From positions 47,138,774-47,202,773 of the forward strand of contig NC_068991.1 in NCBI RefSeq assembly GCF_001194135.2: a DNA stretch of 64,000 nt, in the 5' to 3' direction. The position numbers were made by a program, and so were the translations under genes. The notes beneath the pieces are model-generated. The model worked only from the letters and a program-made list of their open reading frames with translations, was not told the DNA's origin and did not search any database. This stretch comes from Octopus bimaculoides (Eukaryota). Positions 25,866 to 41,339 of this stretch are shown piece by piece (the stretch's first letter is position 1; each line of letters begins with the position of its first letter).

Positions 25866-26212
25866 ATTAAGCTTAATATGACAACTGATGAATGTTTCAC
25901 AGTATGCTCCAATGCTGTGCACGCGTGTGTGTGTGTGTGTGTGTCTGTGTGTGAGTTCCTGAAAGAGGNNNNNNNNNNATGACATTCCATATTCTCACAT
26001 GCAATGATAATGACTTCAATGATATACCATATTCTCAAACTAAAGACTTGAATGATATCCTATACTCTCACAAGCAATAATAAAACCCTCAATGATATCC
26101 TATTAAGCTTAATATGACAACTGATGAATGTTTCACAGTATGCTCCAATGCTGTGCACGCGTGTGTGTGTGTGTGTGTGTGTGTGTGTCTGTGTGTGAGT
26201 TCCTGAAAGAGG
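25743..26212. other. Direct duplication across a 10-N gap (likely assembly artefact or two haplotypes)
   Basis: 25743-25968 and 25979-26212 are identical except for (GT)10 versus (GT)14. Confidence 0.8.
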
Positions 26213-26269
26213 TAGATTAGTTCAGGATCTCAATATTAATTACAACAAAAACACAAGCAAACAAATAAG

Positions 26270-26386
26270 AATGGTCAGAGAGAGAGAGAGAGAAACAGAC
26301 AAACAGAGACAATGTGTAGCATATCGCATGATGGAGGAGAAATAAAATGAAAGACATCAGAGAAGGGGAAAGGGAAAAGAGAGCAC

Positions 26387-26444
<58 letters not shown>

Positions 26445-26930
26445 AAGAAAGAAAGAAAGCATGTACCNNNNNNNNNNGTGTGCATATGTAAGTGTATGCA
26501 TGTAAGAGTTTGCATGTGTCTGTGTGTGTGTGTGTGTGTGTAATAGTGTACATAAGGAGATTGTAGGAGAGGGAAGAGTTTAGGAGAGAGGGGGGAGAAA
26601 GGATAGTTGAAAACTGAGTGACAGACAGCGAGAGAGATAAAGTATGAGAAATAGTAAAAGAAGGGTGGGAGGGGTAAAGACAGTGAAAAAGAAATAGTGA
26701 GGGGGAGAGAGAGAGAGAGTGAGAAAGAGACAGTGAGAAAGAGATAATGAAAATGAGAGAGAGAGATAGCAAGAGTTAGGGATAGTGTGAGTGGGAGAAA
26801 GTGCAAAAAAGAGGTAATGAAGGAGAGAGAGAGAGAAATGTGAGTGACAGAGAGCAAGTGTAAGAGAGTGTTTCAATGTAAATGAGAAACAGTTTGTGAA
26901 AGAAAGACAAAAGAAGGAAGGGAGGGAGGG
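26270..26930. repeat. GA-rich microsatellite/low-complexity tract followed by N-gap 26931-27495
   Basis: Directly visible. Confidence 0.9.
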
Positions 26931-27495
26931 NNNNNNNNNNNNNNNNNNNNNNNNNNNNNNNNNNNNNNNNNNNNNNNNNNNNNNNNNNNNNNNNNNNNNN
27001 NNNNNNNNNNNNNNNNNNNNNNNNNNNNNNNNNNNNNNNNNNNNNNNNNNNNNNNNNNNNNNNNNNNNNNNNNNNNNNNNNNNNNNNNNNNNNNNNNNNN
27101 NNNNNNNNNNNNNNNNNNNNNNNNNNNNNNNNNNNNNNNNNNNNNNNNNNNNNNNNNNNNNNNNNNNNNNNNNNNNNNNNNNNNNNNNNNNNNNNNNNNN
27201 NNNNNNNNNNNNNNNNNNNNNNNNNNNNNNNNNNNNNNNNNNNNNNNNNNNNNNNNNNNNNNNNNNNNNNNNNNNNNNNNNNNNNNNNNNNNNNNNNNNN
27301 NNNNNNNNNNNNNNNNNNNNNNNNNNNNNNNNNNNNNNNNNNNNNNNNNNNNNNNNNNNNNNNNNNNNNNNNNNNNNNNNNNNNNNNNNNNNNNNNNNNN
27401 NNNNNNNNNNNNNNNNNNNNNNNNNNNNNNNNNNNNNNNNNNNNNNNNNNNNNNNNNNNNNNNNNNNNNNNNNNNNNNNNNNNNNNNNNNNNNNN

Positions 27496-27804
27496 AATTA
27501 ACATGCAAGTGGCTGAGCACTCCACAGACACATGTACCCTTGTAGTTCTTGGGGATATTCAGCGTGACACAGTGTGACAAGGCTGACCCTTTGAATTACA
27601 GGCACAACAGAAACAGGAAGAAAGAGCGAGAGAAAGTTGTGGTGAAAGAGTACGGCAGGGTTCGCTACCATCCCCTGGTGGAGCCTCGTGGAGTTTTAGG
27701 TGTTTTCGCTCAATAAACACTCACAATGCCCAGTCTGGGAATCGAAACCGCGATCCTATGACTGCGAGTCCACTGCCCTAACCACTGGGCCATTGCGCCT
27801 CCAC
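27496..27804 (-). mobile_element. tRNA-derived SINE, head A' with tail 1
   Basis: First ~195 nt are colinear with 48531 up to cttcctgtttct, then switch to the tail seen in 2531-2840. Confidence 0.85.
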
Positions 27805-28639
27805 ACAACATTAATAATATTGCAGCAGTAAGAGAGTTCAACAACAGCTAGATACGCTCATAATCTATAGTAACATCTAGAAAAGCTTTAAGGAATCACC
27901 AATGGAACTTATACATAATGACTTGGCCTGTTCAATATAGCTGCCAAATATTTTCATTATTATGGTTCTAATTAAGTATCTGGGCACTTATTTGAGGTGA
28001 TATGGTAATGGTAGCATACATGTATACCAGTTCTATTCTATAAAAAGATCACTCTGTGTATGAAAGCAAGATCTCGTGTTGATGTCATTAATTATCAAAC
28101 TATAACAGAATTGTTTGCAACTAATTGTGAGAGCTAAACTATCATTATACACACACACACACACACTTCTCCTGATATAAAGGTATAGAAGAGTTAGCAG
28201 TGATTAAAATCAATAAAAGATGTTGGATTTCCAATTGAAATGTCAGGATTCTATAATTGACCAATGTTGCATTATCTCCATGAGCAAGATATAAATGGAT
28301 TGGTCCAGCTAACTAGAATAACTGAGATATACATATGTAAACATTAATGTATATAAACAGAAGGAGCATTGTTTAATTAGCAAGTCTTTTGTTTACAAAT
28401 GCACACAACAATTCTTTTCAATTCAGCTATTTTTTAAAAATCTACTGCAAGCTGAAGTCCCAGTATGTTACGAGGTTAACTTGCAACAGCATATTGAAAC
28501 TTTATCTAATTGTAGGTTCACCTATCCATGCTGGCCCATTGCATTTGGACAGAGTGCTCAGGTGGTTGAGTGATTTAGCCTAGCCATCAGCACCAAGGCA
28601 GAATTTTAACTCAGAACACCAAGACATAGAACAAATACC

Positions 28640-28775
28640 ACAAGGTATCCAGCTCAACATCACCTTGGAGGATGCAGAGAGACTGGCACAGAACCACCAG
28701 CTGGGGAGATCACTGGTGGACCTGGTCAGCTCTACACATAATGACATCTTTGGGACCACTAACCTGGGATGACCC
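28640..28775 (+). mobile_element. RTE-like LINE extreme 3' remnant
   Basis: IQLNITLEDAERLAQNHQLGRSLVDLVSSTH resembles the RTE end motif AxxxAQxRxxWRxLV. Confidence 0.55.
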
Positions 28776-29505
28776 CAGCCCCATCAAGCAAGAGCATGAA
28801 GCAGCAGAAGCATCCTGCTCAACACTTTAACAACTCTATCAACCCACTGCCTTGGACTGATACTTTATCGACCTTGAAAGGATGAAAGATAAAGTGGACA
28901 GAACTGGGACTTGAACTCAGCAATGTTTGTTCCAGCTCTCCACAATCTAAGCACTTTATCTAATGCTCTAACAACTTAGGCACCAATAAACAATACTGAT
29001 AGACATTCTTCACATAATACTACTGCTGCTATAGTGGTTCACACAAGTATTAGTATAGTGATTCACATAATCACAACCGCAATAGTTATTCACATAATTA
29101 TAACTGAAATAATGATTCACATACAAATAATTCCACCCATCATACATTACATATGGGAAATTGTGAAATAATAAGTATGCAAGCTATTCACTCCTCACAT
29201 CTCTCACTCTATCTTACCCGTGTACACCTGATATTTCATCCCATAATCAAATAATTAAACAACAACAAGAGTTAAACAGTACATTCTGTTTGCATTTTTT
29301 TTTTTTAGTAAGAAAGGGAGGGTAATAATTTGATAGGAAAACAATCAAGCAAAAGAACCAAAGAGCTAGTGACAGAGATAACTGAAGAGTAAGACCAATC
29401 AATTAGAGAGTGAGAGAGAAAGAGAGACAGACAGACAGAAGACAGTCAGACAGTCAGAGAAAGCCCAAAAGGAAACTCTGAGGTAAAAGGATATTTCAGA
29501 CTAAC

Positions 29506-29548
29506 CTGAGTGAATTGTGGTCAACATTAAGAAAAGCAATCAAGCCAC
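29506..29548 (-). CDS. Candidate 43-nt internal coding exon (GLIAFLNVDHNSL), gene unidentified
   Basis: Acceptor gttcttatttttacag, donor CAG|GTTAGT, single open frame (phase 1 to 2). No homology recognised. Confidence 0.35.
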
Positions 29549-31686
29549 CTGTAAAAATAAGAACTTCACATTCCCTCTATATGTACTGTGATTAATATGA
29601 ACATTCAACTGATTTGCATATCAGTTGGTAGTGCAGTATTAGTGGAATCCAAGCAGTCTGTATGGACTATCTCAGTCCATACAGACTATAGAGTAGGAAT
29701 GGAAACATGAAATTTTTATGAAATGAAAAAAAAAAAAAAAAAAAAAAGATATACACGTACAATGAGGTACAAAGGATATACCTGGTTCTTGGTAATAAAA
29801 CAAATTAAAAGAAATCTCTTGGAATAAAACACTAACCTAACACTGGTTCCTGTTCTTGTATATACATGTATGTGAAAGAGAGAGAGAAAGAGATAGTACA
29901 CACACCAAACTGAAACATGACTACAACATATTTTAATAGATTACCTTCAAGAGTTTCTGACCTACAGAATTTACATAAGTGCAATGGTAAACATCTCTTG
30001 ACTTGAAATGTTAAGTCTTCCTGTCTAAACCAGAAAATAATTACAGCTAAGAGTAGGAATTCAACCTGCCATGGAAACTAAATTCATAAACACTTTATAG
30101 TATTCACATATTCGGTGGGGGGTGTGTACACATTTTGCTTCTTGGTTTAGTCAGAAGACAGGAACAGAACCCATGATTGGTGGGGTTACTACAGTTGGAG
30201 GATAACTTCATCCCACCAATATTAGAGGCCCTAAAAAATAAAAAGGGTCACTAGTACTGTTCTTCCCTGATAAAACAAAGCATGAAGGATTATTTCTTGT
30301 TAATGCTGTTCAATCAAAGAGGGAAGGGTCGTACCCGTGGTCCCTTAGATTTTTCAGAGTCTCCAAAAGACTTATGGGAGGAAGTCATTCTCAGACTATA
30401 AGACCTATCCATCCCAAAGGCCTGCCTGAGTGAAACTCCAATAAAGACATCCAAGAACCAAGAGATGGAATTAAACTGGGTGATGGCTTATGTCTGTCAC
30501 TCAGGAGCTCAGAATGCATGAAGATGAAATAAATACCACCAGACATCCCATTTGATGCCCTAACAATTCCACTAATCCACCACCCTGAACAGTTATTTTA
30601 TTGACAAACAAAAGGGTGAAAGATAAAGTTAATCTTGATAGGATTTGAACTCAAAGAGCAGGGAGTCAGAATACCACAAAGTATGTTGTCCTATACCTTA
30701 GCAACTCTGTCAAGTAGCTGTGTTTTTGCCATCTCACCACATTTTTTTTTTTTTTTTCAGGGTTGACATTCTCAGGAGCAAGGATTGACAGCATAGCAGC
30801 TTGTGTGGATCAGAAAAGGAGAAGATTGACACACAGACTGAGGGTGAAAAGGAAGCTGGAAGAGATATGGCTATTCTAGGTGAGAGGTAGTACGTAGCTA
30901 GTTCCAATGAACAGAAGAAACTGTTGCAACTGTGATGGAGTAGATAAAGGAGAGAGAGAGAGAGGAGTATGTGATATGTTAGTGAATGAAAATTTGTCAG
31001 CTAAGCAACCAAAATGAGTTTCGTTTGGATACAGACTAGGATGTCTGTGTAGCAGCAGCACCATCTTCAATGAAAAGGAAGCCTCTGTGTGTGTGTGTGC
31101 ATGTGTATATGTGAAACTTAATTTAATTTTAATAAGTTGATTTTAATTGAGTTTTTACCTGTAATTTTGAATTTTATCCCTAATATGATATATATATATA
31201 TTGTTCATATCATAAGAAGTTAGAAACTTTGAGATATATGAAATAATAATTTTTTGGAATGATGGAACTTGAACCAGATAATGCTATAAATGATAGAATG
31301 TAAATATTAGATTAAAAAAACCCTTTGGATATACACACACAAACACACACACACACAGTAGTTAGTATGAAGAGGTTTTGGCTGTAGAACAAATCTCTTT
31401 TTTTTTAAGTACAAGAATCTAAGGAAACTAAAGCAAAGAATGTGCCTACTCAGTGAACTAACAATTTGTAACCTTACAGTTCATACAGTCACTACATACA
31501 TGGTTGCTGAACCAGCTAGAAACATGCCAAATTTTCCTCAAATCAAATCATACCATTCTTAAAAAAAGAAAGGATATATTAGATATGGGCCAAGATACAC
31601 TATGCCTCAGTAAACGATTAGCAGCCACAAATGCAATGTCCACTGGATCAGAGCTAAACAGTATCAAGGTATATAGCAACACCTAA

Positions 31687-32110
31687 CTCTTTAGCATTCA
31701 AATTATTTTGTCAAACATGATGCTTCTTTATTCAAATTGGGTTGAATTAACATGCATAACCTCATAGCTATGAGATCTCAATGATGCGATTGTATATTTT
31801 TAGAATGACATTGTAAGGTAGGAGTGGGAGACTGGATCTGTCCAGTTTGAACATAAAATGCATAGAAAATTTGAGCCTGATTAAGCTGGTTTAACTCTTT
31901 AACACTTAAACCATCCATATTCGGCCAAAATAATCTAGCAATATTATCGTTAAACTGGCCAGATCTGGCCTCTCACACTTACCCTACAATGTTAACCTAA
32001 AAATTAACAATCACATCATTGAAATCTCAGTTACAAGGTAATGCATGACTAATTTATATCAATGTGAATAAATAAGCATGGATGATCGTTAAGGGTTAAA
32101 TGCTAAAGGG
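31687..32110. mobile_element. Family-B MITE with a second family-B MITE (31895-32095) nested in opposite orientation
   Basis: Inner copy flanked by TTAA at 31891-31894 and 32096-32099; outer terminus atgctaaaggg|ttaa resumes after it. Confidence 0.85.
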
Positions 32111-32252
32111 TTAAACTTGATATAAAGGCTGAGAAATTGAAAAGAATATTTTCTCCAAAGGCTTTTTTTTTTAAATTTCAATCTCAAAACAACAATTTCT
32201 ATTTCTCTATGCACAGGACTGCTTTTGTAAAGGCAAGTTAGTTACATTAGAC

Positions 32253-32553
32253 ATTCGAGCGAGATCGTTGCCAGTGCCGATGGACTGGCTCCTGTGCAGG
32301 TGGCACATAAAATACACCATTTTGAGCGTGGCCGTTGCCAGTACCGCTTGACTGACCTTCGTGCCAGTGGCACGTAAAAGCACCCACTACACTCTCGGAG
32401 TGGTAGGCATTAGGAAGGGCATCCAGCTATAGAAACTCTGCTAAATCAGATTGGAGCCTGGTGTAGCCATCTGGTTTCACCAGTCCTCAGTCAAATCGTC
32501 CAACCCATGCTAGCATGGAAAGTGGACGTTAAACAATGATGATGATGATGATG
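32253..32553 (+). mobile_element. Retro-element family F with internal ~60-bp duplication and (GAT)n tail
   Basis: Similar to 7828-8043; the 'cgttgccagt..gactg..gtggcac.taaaa' unit is repeated. Confidence 0.8.
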
Positions 32554-33169
32554 AGAATCAACTATTGCTGTTGTTTTGAAAGAGGTCATCCCTCATCAAA
32601 TAGTTATATGATCAACCCCTCCTCCACCATAATATAAGCCATCCAGTATGCCCTTTTTTCTGACATATACTTCTTTCTTTAAGACATAGGTAGGATATAA
32701 TTTGAGGGAAATTTAACTACTATTTCTCTTGGTTGATTGGTTACACAGGAGCTCTTTTGTTTGCTCATTTAATGTTTTGTATGTGAGAGTATTCTTTTAT
32801 TCTTTTACTTGTTTGTCATTAGACTGTGGCCATGCTGGGGCTCACCTTGAAGCATCTTTTAGTCAAATGAATTGACCCCAGTACTTTTATAAAGCCTAGG
32901 TAGTTATTTTATCATTCTCTTTTCCTGAACCACTACGTTATGGGGATGTAAACAAACCAACACTGGTTCTTAAGTGGTGGGGGACAAAGACAGACATAGA
33001 TATACATATTATATGATAACCAACCGAAATTGCAAAGATAATCTGGATCTCGACTGAAGAGAGAAAATTTCGAATGACATGTCTGTGTTTTCTTTGTATC
33101 GTCTATCTGGATGTTTTGTCCCTTTCTTGTATCACCTAACTGGATGTTTTGCGTTCTTGTCCTATTCTG

Positions 33170-33200
<31 letters not shown>

Positions 33201-34319
33201 NNNNNNNNNNNNNNNNNNNNNNNNNNNNNNNNNNNNNNNNNNNNNNNNNNNNNNNNNNNNNNNNNNNNNNNNNNNNNNNNNNNNNNNNNNNNNNNNNNNN
33301 NNNNNNNNNNNNNNNNNNNNNNNNNNNNNNNNNNNNNNNNNNNNNNNNNNNNNNNNNNNNNNNNNNNNNNNNNNNNNNNNNNNNNNNNNNNNNNNNNNNN
33401 NNNNNNNNNNNNNNNNNNNNNNNNNNNNNNNNNNNNNNNNNNNNNNNNNNNNNNNNNNNNNNNNNNNNNNNNNNNNNNNNNNNNNNNNNNNNNNNNNNNN
33501 NNNNNNNNNNNNNNNNNNNNNNNNNNNNNNNNNNNNNNNNNNNNNNNNNNNNNNNNNNNNNNNNNNNNNNNNNNNNNNNNNNNNNNNNNNNNNNNNNNNN
33601 NNNNNNNNNNNNNNNNNNNNNNNNNNNNNNNNNNNNNNNNNNNNNNNNNNNNNNNNNNNNNNNNNNNNNNNNNNNNNNNNNNNNNNNNNNNNNNNNNNNN
33701 NNNNNNNNNNNNNNNNNNNNNNNNNNNNNNNNNNNNNNNNNNNNNNNNNNNNNNNNNNNNNNNNNNNNNNNNNNNNNNNNNNNNNNNNNNNNNNNNNNNN
33801 NNNNNNNNNNNNNNNNNNNNNNNNNNNNNNNNNNNNNNNNNNNNNNNNNNNNNNNNNNNNNNNNNNNNNNNNNNNNNNNNNNNNNNNNNNNNNNNNNNNN
33901 NNNNNNNNNNNNNNNNNNNNNNNNNNNNNNNNNNNNNNNNNNNNNNNNNNNNNNNNNNNNNNNNNNNNNNNNNNNNNNNNNNNATATATATATATATATA
34001 TATATATATACACGTCTTTCAGTTTCCAACTACCAAATCAACTCAAAAGGTTTTGGTTGACCTGAGGCTATAGCAGAAGACACTTGTCTAATGTGCCATG
34101 AAGTGGGATTGAACTCAGAACCAAGTGGTTGGGAACACAACCAAGCCTGTGCCTATATGATTTGAGAGAGATTTGATACCAACCTGCTTTGACTACTTCT
34201 TATTCTGTGATATAAACTTGCTTTCAAGCGACATAAATTAAAACTTCTCTGTCAAGATCTCTGATTAATTTAGGCTTCAAATACAAAACAAATAATGACA
34301 AATTTCATCTCATCTAATT

Positions 34320-34510
34320 TTCTTTGCCCACTTATTCATGAGAGCATCGTGGGGCCAGAGTCCTCAAGTATGCCTTCCATTAGGTCCTGTGACAAGCAAC
34401 TATCTCCAATTGATCTAGGTGGATCCCCTAAAACAAGGCCAATCAAGCTCATGGATGTTATCCAGCCATTTTGCTAATCATAGTCTACCCATGGGTCTCC
34501 TGCTAGTTGG
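34320..34510 (-). mobile_element. RTE-like LINE 3' remnant
   Basis: Minus strand reads RRPMGR...KWLDNIHEL, matching the RTE RPxGRPxxxWxDxI motif, with stops. Confidence 0.55.
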
Positions 34511-35939
34511 TTTTGTCCATCTTTTGTAACAAACGCAGTGCATTTCAATATGGATATGGCAACAAAAGGGTTAAATATACAACAGCTTTCTTTTCTTTCT
34601 ATGTAAGCAAAGTTCCTTTCCAAGTCATATAGATTCGTAGTTTCCATGGCATATATATATTCCCCACCTGGATGGGATGCTAGTCTGTCGCAGAATAACT
34701 CATTTTTGCCAACTGAGTGGACTGGAGCAACATGAAATGAAGTGTTTTGTTCAAGAACACAATGCATTGCCCAGTCCTGGAATTTCAAAGGTCATAGTTA
34801 AAAATGTTACAATATAAGTGTTATCTTAAACTTACTGTTTTATTCAATGTCAAAGATAGAATACAAATATGTTACCCTTCTATATTATAATATACACACT
34901 GAATTTATTTACATGCAATTTTCACTACACATTTTTTTAATTAATATTTATTCAACTCTTATAGAAACTGATGAATATTTGTACTTTGTACTATTTATGC
35001 ATTCACATAGAGTCATGGAATGACAAGATTGTAAAGCAACAGACAGAAAGGCTTATAGTTAATTACAACCTGTCACAAGAAAATGTCCCAATGGAGTCAA
35101 CTTTGCCTTTCATCGTCAATAGATGTACCAGCAATATACTGCAGTCAATATAATCAACTGTGCACATCATCATCATCATTTGATGTCTGTGCGCCATGCT
35201 GATATGGGTTGGATGGTTTGATGCGATTTGATGGGCCTAAGGACTGCATTGTACTCTTGTGCCTACTTTGGCATGGTTGCTACAGCTTTTCCTAATGCCA
35301 ACCACAATACAATGTATACTGAGTATATCTGACTAAAGAAAACCTGTCTCAATAAACCTCAATCTAACCCATGTAAGCATGGAAAAATAGACATAATAAT
35401 TATGATGAAAAATGACGATGATGATATATATATATACACACACACACACACATATATATATATCACTATTGGCTATTGTTTAACCTTATTGGTTATTTAA
35501 AACTTAACCCAATTAAGTTGAAGGTGTTTCATAGATTCATTGTGCTTCTGGACAAAACATCTTATTCTTATCATTTTCAGGTGATCTCAGTTATGGAGAA
35601 TAGATTTCCTGGACACCCCATGGGAATATTAACTGCAATGCGATCATAGTTTTACATTCATTTCTCATATGAACAAACCTTTAATTAAGCTGGAGCTAAA
35701 CACAACTTTAATGATCACCTTTAGCATGTTGTCAACACTTTACATTTATTTCAATCCTTTACATTCCAGGTTTAAACCTAGGTGGGGGGACCTATTTAAC
35801 GCTTTCACTCGGCTGAGGTCAAAAAAAAAATCAGACCTATGCTCCTTTTTTCAACTTGAGCACTTACAAATAGTCTTTTTTTCCTCCCTTAAGTGAGGTG
35901 TAGCAGATGTAGTTAAGCATATACGATTTTGATGAGTCA

Positions 35940-37120
<1,181 letters not shown>

Positions 37121-38224
37121 GTAAACAAACAAGAGGGAGAGTGAAAGGACAAGAAGACAATTAAGAAATTAAATTATTAATTACAAATAAAGAATGATTA
37201 ATTCTGCTAAAAGCCGTTTTATTTAACAATCAACACACAAGGTCCTGGAATGAATCAAATGACTTTATACATGTTTGTGTATGTGTGTATAATTAATCAG
37301 ATGCCACAAATATGTATATGCGTGTATGTGTATGTGTATATAGTGTCTAGTAAACTCATTGTGGCTAATTAAATTGCAGTAAATATACTACCTGGAATTT
37401 CATCATAAGATAATTACATTGTAAGTCAATACACCGTTAGTGCTTTAGTGAATTCATCGTCCCGTTTTTAATCTGAGTAAAAATATCATTTTACATTATT
37501 ATTTATCTGCAAAGTAAATATTCTTTATTCCTATACCAGCTTCAGATATTGCAATGTAAGCCATGTGGGACCACTGCCTTGAATGGTTGAATCAAATAAA
37601 CTGACCCCAGCACACCTAGAACTCATTAAGTTTGGTACTTATTCAAGCAGTTTCTTTCTTGCTGAACCATCTACTCTCAGAGACAGAAACAAACCAACAC
37701 CAGTGGAGGAACAAACAGAAAGATACATGCCAATACATACATATATACAGACACACACACATACATAATGGGCTTCTGCAGAGTTTCTGTTTCCCAAATT
37801 TACTCACATCCTACAAGTGAAGCAGTGTGACTGAACCAGAAATATCATGTGATTGTGAAGCAAACTTCTTAACCACATAGCCATGACTAAACAAAACTTT
37901 ACTAATGTTAAGTTTTTGATCACAGATTAAAGACATTGCACTTCATTAACATTAAAAAAGAAATTCAAAGACAAAAGGAAGACCCTGTTAGATTAACTTA
38001 ATAAATACACGAAAAAAAAAAATTAAAAGCTGCTTTCAAAAATATAACACACACACACACACACAAAATAGTAACAATTATAAATTCTAAAAAGGTAAAA
38101 TGATTCAAAATAGACCAATGCTTCTTAAATTAATTCATTATTTCGGGAGTTGATTTTCAATCATTTGTTGAATATTTGCTATTCTGTATTTCATTTTTAC
38201 AATGGGCTAATTTCTGCATTGATG

Positions 38225-38528
38225 ACATGATGGACTCACGTGTTCAAGACAATGTATGAGTGTTCAGCTTTTTGCCAAATGACCTGCACAAATGATTTGT
38301 TTATAGAGATGAAAAACTTTGTGTCGCACATTAGCTCACTCTCTCCATCAAATCGACATTGTCTGAACAGATACACTGTGTAACACACATCAGGTGTCGA
38401 AATTATCGCAGAGCAATATGAAATGATGTCTTTTGCTCAAGAACATAACACACTACCCAGTCTAGGAATTGAAATCACAATCTCGCAATCATGAGTCCAA
38501 CACCCCTAACCACCAGGCCGTGCACTCT
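38225..38528 (-). mobile_element. SINE head A with tail 4
   Basis: The tail matches 21540-21690 (gatggactc...cagcttttgcc.aa.gacctgcacaaatgatttgttt); the head matches family A. Confidence 0.7.
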
Positions 38529-39125
38529 CATTGATGACATAACTATGATTATTAGTTCATGTCTTGAGTGTTCTCTTCAAAGAATTCTAAAACTTTCCAA
38601 ATGGTAGGTTGGAATTTTAATGTTAATAAAATGTGACAAATTGACATTATACATATATAGATATATTTCAAAACAAAAAAAAACAAAAAAATTAATGTTT
38701 ATCCAAACATTTGTACGTTGTGTGTGTGTGTGTGTGTGTGAGTGTCTGTCTGTCCTCCACCAGTGCTTCACAACTAGTGTTGGTTTATTTACATCCCATG
38801 ACTTGATGGCCCAGCAGAAAGAGACCAGTAGAATAAGTACCAGGCTTATAACAAAAAAACAAGTGCTAGAGTCAATGTGTTCAACTACACCCTTCAAGGT
38901 GGTGTCCCGGCATGGTCACAGTCCAAATGACTGAAATAAGTGAAAGATTAAAAAAATAAAAGTATTGGTAGTTACCTTACAATGAAATTACTAAGCTGTG
39001 AAATTCCAATCGTTGTATTTACTGCAATGTATATTAATTCCAGTTGCCATATCTACTGCAATGTAATTCCATTCGGTGTATTTACTGCGATGTATTTCCG
39101 CAATGAATTTACAACAGACCATATG

Positions 39126-39163
<38 letters not shown>

Positions 39164-41271
39164 NNNNNNNNNNNNNNNNNNNNNNNNNNNNNNNNNNNNN
39201 NNNNNNNNNNNNNNNNNNNNNNNNNNNNNNNNNNNNNNNNNNNNNNNNNNNNNNNNNNNNNNNNNNNNNNNNNNNNNNNNNNNNNNNNNNNNNNNNNNNN
39301 NNNNNNNNNNNNNNNNNNNNNNNNNNNNNNNNNNNNNNNNNNNNNNNNNNNNNNNNNNNNNNNNNNNNNNNNNNNNNNNNNNNNNNNNNNNNNNNNNNNN
39401 NNNNNNNNNNNNNNNNNNNNNNNNNNNNNNNNNNNNNNNNNNNNNNNNNNNNNNNNNNNNNNNNNNNNNNNNNNNNNNNNNNNNNNNNNNNNNNNNNNNN
39501 NNNNNNNNNNNNNNNNNNNNNNNNNNNNNNNNNNNNNNNNNNNNNNNNNNNNNNNNNNNNNNNNNNNNNNNNNNNNNNNNNNNNNNNNNNNNNNNNNNNN
39601 NNNNNNNNNNNNNNNNNNNNNNNNNNNNNNNNNNNNNNNNNNNNNNNNNNNNNNNNNNNNNNNNNNNNNNNNNNNNNNNNNNNNNNNNNNNNNNNNNNNN
39701 NNNNNNNNNNNNNNNNNNNNNNNNNNNNNNNNNNNNNNNNNNNNNNNNNNNNNNNNNNNNNNNNNNNNNNNNNNNNNNNNNNNNNNNNNNNNNNNNNNNN
39801 NNNNNNNNNNNNNNNNNNNNNNNNTTTTTTTTTTTTTTTTTTAATATTTCTTTTGTCTTTTTCCATTTTTTTTATATATATATTTTTTTAAATTCTTATC
39901 CCCACCAGTCTTATTCCCAATATTTGGTTCTCTTCAAATATTTACTTCGCTACTACTGCCTCCTCCATCACCAACCCACAAAGTTAAAAAACAAAAAAAA
40001 AAAATCATTTTATCATCATCGTAATCATGTAGGAGGCGCATATTGTAGTATGTGTACATGTGTGTATAGTGCTAATTTATTTTGTTTTAATGTCAAATGA
40101 AATCCACGACTGCCCCCCACCCCCACCAACCCAACATGAGTAAGAGACCTCAACAGGCGCACACCCATGTCACAAAAGTCTCTCTCTCTCTCTCTCTCTC
40201 TCTATCTTACTTCTTCAATTAAATCTGCCCCTACCCCTGCCCCACTCACCACCTTGCCCTAAGTTAAGTGAAAATCGAAACGGTTCCCTACCCCAACATT
40301 AATGTGTTTAGTGCCCTCAGAAATGGACAGGAAGAGGGAAATGGAAGAGGGCTGGAAAGGCACGAATGTCAGAACTTCCCATTNNNNNNNNNNGTAGTAG
40401 TAGTAGTAACAACATTTGTTCTTTGGAATGAAAGAGTTGCTTATGAGTCTCCTCTCCCCACCCCAACAAAGTAGCTTTGTCTTTTTTGGTTTCTTTTTTG
40501 ACTTTGTTTTATTTTGTTTTTGCTTCTTTTTTTTCTTTTCTTTTTCACATAGCATGGCCCTTGAAACCACAAGACAGTAATAAATATATATATATTTAAG
40601 TATTTACAGGGGGTGGGAATACACACGCACAAAGAAATAAGAGTTAAAAGAATTTTGTTAGGTTTGTTTCTCTTTTTTTTTTTTAGGAAAAAATAGAAAG
40701 AAAAAAGAGTAAAATAAAATATAATAACACAAAAAAAATAAACCTTGAAAAAATTTCCATCATTTTCCATTTCTTTGTTTCTGTAGATGAGAGATGTGTA
40801 GAGGGGAAGGAATAATATATGCGTGTGTGCATGTAGCTGGATGGCGTGTAAGAGATGTGTGGTATGTATGCATATCTCTCGAGATGTGCTTGTGTACATG
40901 TGTATTCATATGGGCCTGATAGAACAGCAGTAGCCAATAAGAACAGAGCCAATACATGTGCAAAAATGCATTGTCTGCTAAAGACACCAATGACTGAATA
41001 CTATAGTTAATTACAACTGTTGCAGCATGCCATTCCAACACCACTGGACCAGTCAAAACCAAACTGAAATGGAGCAGTTCTCTCTGCAACCGAGTTTTGA
41101 AATTTGCCACAAATAGACTTCAAATCAATAACGGTTTTTATGTAGCCTAATCAGTGAAGTGTCCCAGGGATGTGAATAAAACTGTATTACACTTTTTTGT
41201 TATATTCATCTGACAATGTGCCCCTGTTTGTAGCTGCTTGATAAATATCAAAGTTTGTGGAAAACCCTCAC

Positions 41272-41339
41272 CTAGTAGGTTTGATCGACGGTGATAACTC
41301 AGTCAAGAGTTTGTGGCTTTCAATGAGAAGGTGTGGTGG
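41272..41339 (-). CDS. Candidate 68-nt exon (PPHLLIESHKLLTELSPSIKPT), gene unidentified
   Basis: Acceptor attatctcttgttctcacag, donor TAG|GTGAGG, one open frame (phase 0 to 2). The phase does not join the best 43627 donor. Confidence 0.25.

Noticed and set aside
30781-30881. Plus-strand polyT-CAG ... TAG|GTGAGA segment
   Set aside because: All three frames hit a stop at or before the donor, and the polyT is a generic homopolymer.
33050-33090. Hammerhead-like string CTGAAGA-gaga(aaa)tttc-GAAt-gacatgtc
   Set aside because: GAAA is broken and the sequence after GUC cannot pair with the 5' flank, so there is no stem I.
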